From positions 1 to 43,164 of the forward strand of contig JAGXRL010000044.1 in NCBI GenBank assembly GCA_018335915.1: a stretch of DNA of 43,164 nucleotides. Reading direction: 5' to 3'. Below, in pieces: positions 1-8,133 of the stretch. This DNA is from Candidatus Latescibacterota bacterium (GTDB taxonomy: Bacteria > Hydrothermota > Tepidihabitantia > Tepidihabitantales > CAIPLT01). Each line of letters starts with the position of its first letter. Position 1 is the stretch's first letter. A model generated the notes under the pieces. It did not search any database, had not been told where the DNA came from, and was given only the letters and a program-made list of their open reading frames with translations. Position numbers and translations under genes: made by a program.

Positions 1-139
1 ACTATCGCATCTCTGAACCCGAAGGTAAATTTGCAAATGTTAGATTCGGGATTAAAAACTTAGTCCGGAGATGAGTCAGGGCAAGGGACAAACATCTCAT
101 AATGGTTTAAAATATAATTAATCTTGCCGATAATAAAAG
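1..139 (+). promoter_or_regulatory. Conserved 5' leader element, copy A (left end cut by the window edge), upstream of T9SS cargo gene 1
   Basis: Positions 1-139 align almost base for base with 3503-3642. There are about 12 substitutions and 1 indel, and half of the changes fall in one 17-nt loop at 26-42. Possible stems are CCCGAA(18-23)/TTCGGG(45-50) and GAGATG/CATCTC. The main ORF starts 15 nt downstream. Confidence 0.6.
71..121 (+). CDS. Putative 16-codon upstream ORF in leader copy A (MSQGKGQTSHNGLKYN)
   Basis: ATG 71 to TAA 119-121. The same uORF occurs in copy B with 3 nucleotide differences, 2 of them synonymous. GGAG lies directly against the ATG, which is unusually tight spacing. 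Confidence 0.25.
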   Translation: MSQGKGQTSHNGLKYN

Positions 140-153
140 AGAACCGAGGAAAA

Positions 154-3100
154 ATGAAAAGAGCAGTGTTAGTATTGTTAGTAATCGGTTTGGCATCGGT
201 ATTTGCTATGCCATACCAATCGCCGAGCAAGTATGATGCGGATAATAGATTTAATCATGATCCGTTTCCCCATGCTTTTAGTAAACACCTTCCGCGTACA
301 TCATCAGCAAAGAATTCAGTCATCTTTGCCGAGAGTTTTGACGGCGCGACTTTTCCACCGATAAATTGGTCCCGAACTCAAACCAACACGGGCATGAACG
401 GCGTATATCCGTGTTATTGGGACCTTTTTGATACGCTCGACTATTTTTATTCAGCCCCAGGTGCGGCTGGATTGTGGTGGTCATATGCGCATCAGGATGA
501 GTGGCTGATTTCACCGGAGATTACCTTAACCGGTTCTTCGACCAACCGTTATTATTTGAAATACTGGTATTATGGTCATCATGGACCAAATGACAGCGCT
601 CATTATTATACAAAAATCTCAACTGACGGCGGCACGACCTGGACTAATATTTATGACCTTACGAACCAGCTGATTGTCGCCTGGAACCGTTATGTCGAGC
701 CATTAGAACTAAACCTTTCTGCTTATGCCAACCAGACCATCAAGATTGCCTGGCATGCGACCGACGGACCGGCTGATGCCGGCATTCCGTTTGCCTGGAT
801 GATTGACGATATTGAAGTCGGTTTTCCGTATGACAATGATATGGGCGTGGCAACACTGAATGCGATTCAGACCGTACCGGTTGTGGTTAATGACCCGGAC
901 ACATTCTTCTTAACCGTGCGTAATTATGGCACAAGTCCGCAGACAAATGTGCCGGTCTTAATGACTGTTGATGATGTAATAATTGACCAGGTCAATATTT
1001 CAGTCGATACCTTAGGAAGCGTAGATACATTTTTGGTCTGGACACCGAGCATAGCCGGTGATTATACGATTAAGTTTTTTACCCAACTTGCAACTGACCA
1101 GGATATGACCAATGATACTTTATTTAAAGAGATTACAGTCTGTCCGGAATTTCATTCGGTGCCGTATGTGAAAGATTTTAACGAAGACTGGGGACCGTTT
1201 GGTGATAATCCGCCGTTCTGCGGCTGGTCGATTGTTGACAATGGCAGTGAAAACCCCAAAGAGTGGAATCATAATGACTGGTTTCATGCCCATACCGGCG
1301 CGCCGTCACGAAGCGTTGCCGCGGTTAAATATAATCCTGTCGAGCACCAGAACGAGTGGCTGATTTCACCAAGACTGGACTGTTCGGTCGATACTCAATA
1401 TACGCTCAGTTATTGGAACCATTATGAAGCTTATCTCAATGCTTTGCCAGATTTCGGTTATGTCTTGGTCAGTAATGATGATGGTCTGACCTGGCACGAG
1501 GTTGCCCGGTATGTTGGCGGCGTGAGCGAGATTATCAGTCTCGGTTATCAGAATCACGATATTTCGGCATTGGTGCGGACCAGGGATTCGGTGCGGGTTG
1601 CGTTTCGATACCAGGCGTTTAATGCCGGCAAATGGATGATTGATGACTTTACGGTCATGTATCGGCCCGGTATTGATGTGGCACCGGTTTTTATAACGAA
1701 TATGAATTTGGATATCGCTGATACAATCCGTTTTGATGTTAAAGTCCAGGTTCAGAACACAGGACTAACCCCGCTGTCGCCGAACTGGTTTGTTTATTTT
1801 GAAATCCGGGACCGGCTTGATTCTTTAGCAATTACTTCGACGCTTAATCCGAGCGATACGATGAGTGTGATTTTCCATACTTATGTGACCGCGCCTGATA
1901 CTTATACAGTCTGTGCCTGGACCGCATATCCGGGTGACGAGTATCTGCTTAATAATAAAATATCGAAAAAGATTCGAATATCGGGCTGGAAACAATTAGC
2001 CAATATGCCTTCGTTAAAACAGAGAAAATTCGTTAAAGACGGTGGTTCGTTAGTTGTGTATGGCGACTTGTTTTATGCGTTTCGGGGCAATAATAGTTGT
2101 GAATTCTATGTCTATGACCCACCAACCGATGTTTGGGACACTTTAGAGCCAATCCCATGGCTAAAAAAAGATTCAGTTAAGTATCTTAAGAAGAATGTTA
2201 AGAACGGCGGCGACCTGACTGTGTATGGAGATAAAATCTATGCTTTTAAAGGCGGTAATACCAAAGAATTCTGGGCAAATATTCCTGCCAATGATACCTG
2301 GATTCAGATGAGCGATATTCCGTTCCGGTCACCAGAAATGAAGAAAAAGGTCAAAGGCGGCGGCTCATTAGTGACTTGTGGTGATAAGATTTACGCATTC
2401 AAAGGCGGTAAAACGACCGAGTTCTGGATGTATGACCCGGCCACTGATTCCTGGGCAGAAAGGTGTTCACTCAAATCAGTTGACAACAGGATGGTAAAAC
2501 CCGGGGCGGCATTAGAAGAGATGAATGGTTTAATCTATGCCTTTATCGGCGGCAACACATCATTTTTCTATGCCTATTCGCCAACTCTTAATGCCTGGAA
2601 TAATCTGGCACACGCTTCGTTTGACAACCCGAATCAACCGAGAAAAAAGCGAATCAAAGACGGTGCTGATTTAGTGGCAATGAATGGAAAGCTTTATGCG
2701 TTTAAGGGCGGCAATACACATTTGTTCGGTTATTATGTGCCCGAAGAAGATACCTGGTATCATGCTGACCCGATTCCCGGACCGAAAAAAGTGAAAACAG
2801 GTGGTTCCTTAATTGCTTATGATGGCAAAATCTACGCGCTCAAAGGCAACAATACAGGAGAGCTGTGGTCATATCAATCATTAGCCGGATTAGAACCGTA
2901 CCGAGTTGTCGCACAATCGACCATCACACCAGTACAGACTGAAAAAATCGTTAATAATAGTTTTGCAATTGAGGTTGCGCCCAATCCGTTAAATAAACTG
3001 GCGACGATTCGATACACGATTCTGACAAGCGGTAAAGTCTCGATAAAACTGTATAACGCATCTGGTCGATTAGTCGAAACTCTGCTTGACAACACGATGA

Positions 3101-3213
3101 CTGCCGGCACCTATTCGATGAATCTTAATGCGAATAAATTAGCCAAAGGCGTTTACTTCTTAAAATATGAAGTGAATAATTCTAAATCAGAACTGAAACT
3201 GATTGTGCAGTAA
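154..3213 (+). CDS. Secreted T9SS cargo protein: two choice-of-anchor-J-like domains, CARDB-like domains, a six-bladed Kelch-like propeller and a T9SS C-terminal sorting domain
   Basis: The long ORF starts at ATG 154 after GAGGA (146-150). Signal peptide MKRAVLVLLVIGLASVFA. The motif EWLISPEITL / EWLISPRLD appears twice. Six repeats fit K.GG.L....KIYAFKGGNT.EFW.YD...D.W. The C-terminus NPLNKLATIRY...GVYFLKYEVNNSKSELKLIVQ is typical of the type-A T9SS CTD. Confidence 0.9.
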   Translation: MKRAVLVLLVIGLASVFAMPYQSPSKYDADNRFNHDPFPHAFSKHLPRTSSAKNSVIFAESFDGATFPPINWSRTQTNTGMNGVYPCYWDLFDTLDYFYSAPGAAGLWWSYAHQDEWLISPEITLTGSSTNRYYLKYWYYGHHGPNDSAHYYTKISTDGGTTWTNIYDLTNQLIVAWNRYVEPLELNLSAYANQTIKIAWHATDGPADAGIPFAWMIDDIEVGFPYDNDMGVATLNAIQTVPVVVNDPDTFFLTVRNYGTSPQTNVPVLMTVDDVIIDQVNISVDTLGSVDTFLVWTPSIAGDYTIKFFTQLATDQDMTNDTLFKEITVCPEFHSVPYVKDFNEDWGPFGDNPPFCGWSIVDNGSENPKEWNHNDWFHAHTGAPSRSVAAVKYNPVEHQNEWLISPRLDCSVDTQYTLSYWNHYEAYLNALPDFGYVLVSNDDGLTWHEVARYVGGVSEIISLGYQNHDISALVRTRDSVRVAFRYQAFNAGKWMIDDFTVMYRPGIDVAPVFITNMNLDIADTIRFDVKVQVQNTGLTPLSPNWFVYFEIRDRLDSLAITSTLNPSDTMSVIFHTYVTAPDTYTVCAWTAYPGDEYLLNNKISKKIRISGWKQLANMPSLKQRKFVKDGGSLVVYGDLFYAFRGNNSCEFYVYDPPTDVWDTLEPIPWLKKDSVKYLKKNVKNGGDLTVYGDKIYAFKGGNTKEFWANIPANDTWIQMSDIPFRSPEMKKKVKGGGSLVTCGDKIYAFKGGKTTEFWMYDPATDSWAERCSLKSVDNRMVKPGAALEEMNGLIYAFIGGNTSFFYAYSPTLNAWNNLAHASFDNPNQPRKKRIKDGADLVAMNGKLYAFKGGNTHLFGYYVPEEDTWYHADPIPGPKKVKTGGSLIAYDGKIYALKGNNTGELWSYQSLAGLEPYRVVAQSTITPVQTEKIVNNSFAIEVAPNPLNKLATIRYTILTSGKVSIKLYNASGRLVETLLDNTMTAGTYSMNLNANKLAKGVYFLKYEVNNSKSELKLIVQ

Positions 3214-3244
3214 TATATACGATCCCGTAAGGGACAAACAATTA

Positions 3245-3280
3245 AGGGACGCACCCATAAAACTGGGAGCGTCCCTTTTT
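3245..3280 (+). terminator. Rho-independent terminator of cargo gene 1
   Basis: GGGACGCACCCA-TAAAAC-TGGGAGCGTCCC gives 11 bp with one A.A mismatch, followed by TTTTT. It lies 32 nt after the stop codon. Confidence 0.75.
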
Positions 3281-3477
3281 CGTGCGGAGGCCGGTTTTAC
3301 GGGTCCCACCCGTTATCTTTTAATTGACAGATGTATTTCTGGCTTTTTTTCATACCCCTTACGAGTAAATTATTCGCAAATACGAAATAAATAATAAAAT
3401 GTAAAAATCTGTTTATAAGTATAACATAATTATTGAGATATAAAATGCGGATAAATGGTGTTGTCAGCGCGAGCCTC

Positions 3478-3505
3478 TTGACAATTTGGAGTTTAGTTTT
3501 ATACT
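3478..3505 (+). promoter_or_regulatory. Sigma70-type promoter of cargo gene 2
   Basis: TTGACA (3478-3483), 16-nt spacer, TATACT (3500-3505). The conserved leader begins inside or just after the -10 box. Confidence 0.6.
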
Positions 3506-3642
3506 ATCGTATCTCTGAACCCGAAGGTAATTTTGTATTTGCTGGATTCGGGATTTAATAACTTAGTCCGGAGATGAGTCAAGGCAAGGGACAAACATCT
3601 CATAACGGTTTAGAATATAATTAATCTTGCCGATAATAAAAG
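3503..3642 (+). promoter_or_regulatory. Conserved 5' leader element, copy B, upstream of T9SS cargo gene 2
   Basis: Near-identical to 1-139. The similarity ends abruptly at ATAATAAAAG, and a further 65 nt that are not conserved precede the start codon. Confidence 0.6.
3574..3624 (+). CDS. Putative 16-codon upstream ORF in leader copy B (MSQGKGQTSHNGLEYN)
   Basis: Same frame and length as 71-121. The differences are CAG>CAA (synonymous), AAT>AAC (synonymous) and AAA>GAA (K>E). Confidence 0.25.
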   Translation: MSQGKGQTSHNGLEYN

Positions 3643-3707
3643 TGAGCAGAACAAAGAAAACTGATAAAGTATTTCAAATTTTTGCTCGCTGAAAAATGGG
3701 GGAAAGT

Positions 3708-6700
3708 ATGAGTAAAAATGTCGTAAAAATCATGCTGGCAATATTGGTATTATTGCCGGTTGTGCTTATTGCACAAAATCTGCCGTGCCGGACCTTTGGC
3801 GGCACAACAAATGAAAAAGCGCATGCTCTGGTTAATCGATGGAATGAAAACGGCGGTTATGTTATGGCTGGATATACGGAAAATTTGTTATCGGCTTCAG
3901 ATACAAATATCTTGATTGTTGAAATCGATTCGCTTGCTAATCCAGTACAGGCAAAAGTTTCGATTGGCGCAAATACTGAGATTGCAACTTCATTGATTCG
4001 AACCAGTGATTTGGGCTATGCCTTAACCGGTTGGACCCGAAGTTATGGCACCGGAACACCGAAAGCAAATATTTTCGTGATTAAACTGGATAATACGCTT
4101 ACTGTGCAGTGGGGATATGTTTATTCTGAAATGTCAGGCAGCTGGGAAGACCAGGCATATTCGATTATCGAGGTTTCTGCCCCAATGGGCGGCGGTTATG
4201 CCGTGGTCGGCTGGACCGAATATGCTGGCGCTGGACCATCACCAGCTATTCTTGTGATGAGAATTGACCCGCTCGGTATCTTGTTACCTCAATGGCCAAA
4301 AATTTATCATCGTCGAACGCCCTGGGAACCATCACCAATTCTGAGTCCGGCTGAAGGTTATGATATTGTAGAATTGCCGGTTGGAGTACCAGGATTTATA
4401 AATGGCGGATTTGCGATTACTGGTCGGGCAAAAAATCCTTATTATCCGACTTTTAACTGGGATGCCTTTATGATGAGTATTGATACTTCTGGCACGCCGG
4501 TACATTTTAAGGTTTTGGGCAGTGAATATGATGATGAAGGATATTCAATAATATTTGACAATATGATCACAGTCGCGGGTTGGACCAATGGCTATGGTCC
4601 GGGAACCGGAACCGCCGGTGCACCAGCTAATATTTTTGTCTGGAAAATGGATATGTTTGGCAATGATTTATGGAAAAATGCATATGGCTGGATGAATGAT
4701 GATGAAAAAGTGATGGATGAACAGTCATTGATGGTTGATTATGATGGTAATTATGCATTAGCTGGATGGACAAGGAGTGTTGGACATGTTCCGCCGCCGA
4801 ATTCGAATTTTTTAATTATGAAAATAGACCAGATGACGGGTATGCCGATATGGACAAGAGTGCATCCGAGTATTCCCGGCGCACAGGATGAAGAAGCATA
4901 TCCGATTATTAATACTATGAGCGGCGGTTATGCGATTGCCGGCTGGACCAATAGTTTTGGTCTGGGCGGTGCGGATTTTCATTTCCTGACCTTAGACCCA
5001 ATGGGTAACCGACCGGTTTGCGTTCTTGACGAAATGCCGATGGTTGAACCGATTATGTGGACCGAACCAGAAACAGCCGTATTTTTCCCAGAAGGATTTG
5101 GCACGGTTCCAATCACGCTTGATGTGACAACAGTTGGATATACTGATGTTTGTGAGATTAGTTCTAATGATACTAATGATGTCGGGCCGACCGGGATTTT
5201 CTTTACGCCGTCATCGCCGGTTGATTCGACTGCTAATGTGACGCCGTCTGCGTATCTTTATAATTATGGTAATACGACAGTTGATTATACAGCGCAAATG
5301 ACGGTTGGCAGTTTTTATACCGGGACTTATGCCGTAACTAATCACACACCGCAAACAACAATTCAAGCCGATTTTCCAAGCTGGACTGACTGGCCAAGAG
5401 GATTGCATACAGTGAAATGCACCACTCAATTAACTGGCGACCGGGATAATACGAATGATAGTCTGACCGGGCAGTTAATGGTCTATGTCCATGATGTCGG
5501 AACTGTGCAAATCAATCAACCGACCGGGAATCTTGATTCAGTCGCAACTTTTACACCGCAAGCAAAAGTCAAGAACTTTGGTAATGTGTCGGAAAACTTT
5601 AATGTCAAATTCACAATCGAAGGACCGTCAATGTCAGCCTGGACCGACGACACAATGGTAACAGTTGGCGCTGGTAATGAACTGATTATTGATTTTGCTG
5701 ACTGGACCGTTTTTGGAGCAGGCGATTACACGACTAAGTGTTCGACCGAACTGGCAACTGATATGGATGACTTAAATGACAAACAAGATAGTGTCTTTAC
5801 TGTGGTTGGTCAATTCGATTATAATGTCGGCACGGTTGCTATCTATATGCCAACTGCCGGCAATATTGATTCAACTGCCACAATCACGCCGCAGGCAAAA
5901 GTCAAGAATTATGGTACCAGCACCGAAATCTTTAATGTCAAATTCACGATTGACGGACCTGCCAAAGCAACCTGGACTGATGACACTACGGTTACGCTTA
6001 ATTCTCTGGATGAACTGACCATTGATTTTGCCGGCTGGACAGTTGGACCACCAGGCGATTACACGGCAAAATGCTCAACTGAACTTTCAACTGATTTATT
6101 TGCAGACAATGACAAGAAAGAAGTAGCGTTTACAATCGTGGTCGCACCACCGGTAATACCGGGCTGGGCGCAGAAGGAATCGATTCCACATCCACCGGAT
6201 ATAAAAGTGAATAAATATGTGAAAGACGGCGGTTGCTTGACTACAGAGAGCGGTAAAATCTACGCCTTCCCGGGTAATAAGTCCTGGCAGTTTTATAAAT
6301 ATACACCAGGTGCACTCGGAGTTTGGTCCCAGTTAGAATCAATTCCATACGGTCCAAAAGAAACTGACCCGTTGAAAATAAATAAAAAGAAGATTGGCAA
6401 AGGCGCTTCAATCTGTGCTGAAGGCGACAAAATCTATGCGGTCAAAGGTAATGGTACTAAAGAATTCTGGGTTTATTATATCGATGCTGAAAATCCATAT
6501 CCAGCCGATACCTGGATTCAATTGGCATCAGTGCCAGTAGTTAAAGGATTGAAAGCAGGTACCAGTATTCTGCACTGGGGCAGAGCGCATGTTCATAAAA
6601 TCTATCTTTTAGCCGGCGGACAGAAAGTGGGTCAGAAGAACTTTTTCGTATATGACATCAATACTGGCGTCTGGGACACATTACCTGAGGTGACCGCACC

Positions 6701-7454
6701 TGGGAACAAAGCATTCAAAGACGGCAGTTGTATTGCGTTAGCCGACAAGAAAATCTGGGCGCTGCAGGGCGGCGGTAAAAATAATTACTTGTTCATGTAT
6801 GACAGCGTTCCTAAAACTTGGCATCTCATCGAATCAGTCCCAATGATTCATCCGACGATTGACAAGAAGAAGAAAGTGAAAGCCGGCGCGGCAATGACGA
6901 AATGCGATGATTTAATCTACTTAATTAAAGGCGGCGGTTCGGGTGAGTTCTGGGCATTTAATCCGGAAGACAGCTCCTGGACTCCTAAAGAAACGATACC
7001 AATGCTGCAAAACAGCAAGAAAAGCGTTCCCAAATCTGGAGCTGCTCTAACTGAACTCGATGATAAAGTCTGGCTCTTTAAAGGCAATAATTCGGCTGAA
7101 TTCTGGTGCTATACGCCCGCGCCAACAAAATCAGATAAGAAAAACGAGATGCCAGATATGCCAGCAACTATCGTTCCTAATCAGGGCGCAATAACCACGC
7201 AGATGACACCGCTCTTACAGATAACTCCGAATCCGTTTACACAGACAGCCGTGATTAATTACATGGTACCGATTGCCGGCAAAGTGAGTCTGAAACTTTA
7301 TAATGTGACCGGTAGTCTGGTCAAGACCTTGACCAATGAATATCATAATCCGGGTGCTTATACATTCAATCTCTCAAATGTTGCAAGCGGTATCTACTTC
7401 TTAAAATACGAAAGTTCGAAAGACAAATCAGAAGTGAAACTGATTGTGCAATAA
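3708..7454 (+). CDS. Secreted T9SS cargo protein: SBBP-like beta-propeller repeats, three CARDB-like domains, a six-bladed Kelch-like propeller and a T9SS C-terminal sorting domain
   Basis: ATG 3708 is preceded by GGGGGAAAG; an alternative ATG lies at 3696. Signal peptide MSKNVVKIMLAILVLLPVVLIAQ. Repeats of the GGYA.AGWT.S.G...ANIFV.K.D..G type. Three units fit DVG...I..P....DS.A...P.A.V.N.G. Six Kelch-like blades. CTD ...GIYFLKYESSKDKSEVKLIVQ. Confidence 0.9.
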   Translation: MSKNVVKIMLAILVLLPVVLIAQNLPCRTFGGTTNEKAHALVNRWNENGGYVMAGYTENLLSASDTNILIVEIDSLANPVQAKVSIGANTEIATSLIRTSDLGYALTGWTRSYGTGTPKANIFVIKLDNTLTVQWGYVYSEMSGSWEDQAYSIIEVSAPMGGGYAVVGWTEYAGAGPSPAILVMRIDPLGILLPQWPKIYHRRTPWEPSPILSPAEGYDIVELPVGVPGFINGGFAITGRAKNPYYPTFNWDAFMMSIDTSGTPVHFKVLGSEYDDEGYSIIFDNMITVAGWTNGYGPGTGTAGAPANIFVWKMDMFGNDLWKNAYGWMNDDEKVMDEQSLMVDYDGNYALAGWTRSVGHVPPPNSNFLIMKIDQMTGMPIWTRVHPSIPGAQDEEAYPIINTMSGGYAIAGWTNSFGLGGADFHFLTLDPMGNRPVCVLDEMPMVEPIMWTEPETAVFFPEGFGTVPITLDVTTVGYTDVCEISSNDTNDVGPTGIFFTPSSPVDSTANVTPSAYLYNYGNTTVDYTAQMTVGSFYTGTYAVTNHTPQTTIQADFPSWTDWPRGLHTVKCTTQLTGDRDNTNDSLTGQLMVYVHDVGTVQINQPTGNLDSVATFTPQAKVKNFGNVSENFNVKFTIEGPSMSAWTDDTMVTVGAGNELIIDFADWTVFGAGDYTTKCSTELATDMDDLNDKQDSVFTVVGQFDYNVGTVAIYMPTAGNIDSTATITPQAKVKNYGTSTEIFNVKFTIDGPAKATWTDDTTVTLNSLDELTIDFAGWTVGPPGDYTAKCSTELSTDLFADNDKKEVAFTIVVAPPVIPGWAQKESIPHPPDIKVNKYVKDGGCLTTESGKIYAFPGNKSWQFYKYTPGALGVWSQLESIPYGPKETDPLKINKKKIGKGASICAEGDKIYAVKGNGTKEFWVYYIDAENPYPADTWIQLASVPVVKGLKAGTSILHWGRAHVHKIYLLAGGQKVGQKNFFVYDINTGVWDTLPEVTAPGNKAFKDGSCIALADKKIWALQGGGKNNYLFMYDSVPKTWHLIESVPMIHPTIDKKKKVKAGAAMTKCDDLIYLIKGGGSGEFWAFNPEDSSWTPKETIPMLQNSKKSVPKSGAALTELDDKVWLFKGNNSAEFWCYTPAPTKSDKKNEMPDMPATIVPNQGAITTQMTPLLQITPNPFTQTAVINYMVPIAGKVSLKLYNVTGSLVKTLTNEYHNPGAYTFNLSNVASGIYFLKYESSKDKSEVKLIVQ
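5493..6140 (+). repeat. Tandem duplication of a roughly 105-aa CARDB-like unit inside cargo gene 2
   Basis: 5493-5807 and 5823-6140 are similar at both nucleotide and protein level (…TPQAKVKNFGNVSENFNVKFTIEGP… versus …TPQAKVKNYGTSTEIFNVKFTIDGP…). A more diverged third unit lies at about 5179-5490. Confidence 0.75.
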
Positions 7455-7475
7455 AAACTAAACCCTCACTCTAAC

Positions 7476-7498
7476 CCTCTCCCGTAAAGGGAGAGGGT
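7476..7498 (+). other. Perfect 9-bp GC-rich hairpin just after cargo gene 2
   Basis: CCCTCTCCC-GTAAA-GGGAGAGGG. A shorter counterpart, TCCC-GTAA-GGGA, lies at 3223-3234 after cargo gene 1. No T-run follows. Confidence 0.5.
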
Positions 7499-7512
7499 GG
7501 TGAGAATACAAA

Positions 7513-7550
7513 GAGACGCACCCTTAAAACAGGGAGCGCCCCTTTTGTTT
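7513..7550 (+). terminator. Terminator of cargo gene 2, the same sequence family as 3245-3280
   Basis: GAGACGCACCCT-TAAAAC-AGGGAGCGCCCC followed by TTTTGTTT. It is a slightly degraded copy of the gene 1 terminator. Confidence 0.6.
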
Positions 7551-7654
7551 AGTATGTCTTTGCGCGGTCCGTTTCGGACCCCGCGGCAATCTCATCTTTT
7601 TACCGTATGTAAGATTGCCACGACTACTTCGCAGTCTCGCAATGACTTTTATTT

Positions 7655-7731
7655 AAGCGACGCACCTGCCCGCTTCGACTCGATTGATTATGTCGAATCA
7701 AGGCGAGTAAAACCAGGAGCGTCCCTTTTTT
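7655..7731 (+). terminator. Orphan third copy of the terminator motif, with its two arms separated by about 41 nt
   Basis: AAGCGACGCACC ... TAAAAC-CAGGAGCGTCCC-TTTTTT. The inserted segment contains the hairpin TTGATT-ATGTCG-AATCAA. Confidence 0.4.
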
Positions 7732-8099
7732 ATTTCAATCGAAGTCTATTTTCGATAATAGTTGCTCTATTCTTTGCTGGTTTAATTACTGAGATTATCG
7801 CAAAGGTCTTGTCAGTCTTGATAAGTCTGATTATAACCGAGCAAAGAGCAAAGTTTTGAGCATATCTGAATCTGAATCAGATTTAACTCTTGATCTGAGT
7901 ATTTTAAGCAAAGACTAAGCCCCTGCCTATTAGCGACCTCTTATGACGCTTACCGGTTAAGTAAGGGTCTGGATTTGGCTGGAAATATGCTGACATCTGG
8001 CTCATCGTGACCATGCCGTTATACAGTAGCCGGTCTGAGAAAATCATGAACAGGATAATGATTACTCATCATGAGTAACGGGTAAAAACAGGTACTGTG

Positions 8100-8128
8100 T
8101 TGACATTGACTATTATATAAGATATCAT
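8100..8128 (+). promoter_or_regulatory. Sigma70-type promoter, probably giving a leaderless transcript
   Basis: TTGACA (8100-8105), 17-nt spacer, TATCAT (8123-8128). ATG 8134 lies only 5 nt after the -10 box, with no SD. Confidence 0.5.
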
Positions 8129-8133
8129 TTTTC

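Noticed and set aside
7497-7859. A 120-aa ORF in the track, and the similar 63-aa ORF at 3203-3394, downstream of the cargo genes
   Set aside because: Both simply read through the terminator hairpins; the shared RDAP.K.GA.LF peptides are translations of the conserved terminator. They have no SD and no plausible start context, and they overlap structured noncoding modules.
7869-8078. The DNA palindromes AATCTGA-A-TCAGATT (7869-7883) and TTACTCAT-C-ATGAGTAA (8062-8078), upstream of the 8100 promoter, considered as operator sites
   Set aside because: A few palindromes with 7-8-bp arms are expected by chance in AT-rich DNA of this length. No regulator gene is adjacent. They are noted only as candidates.
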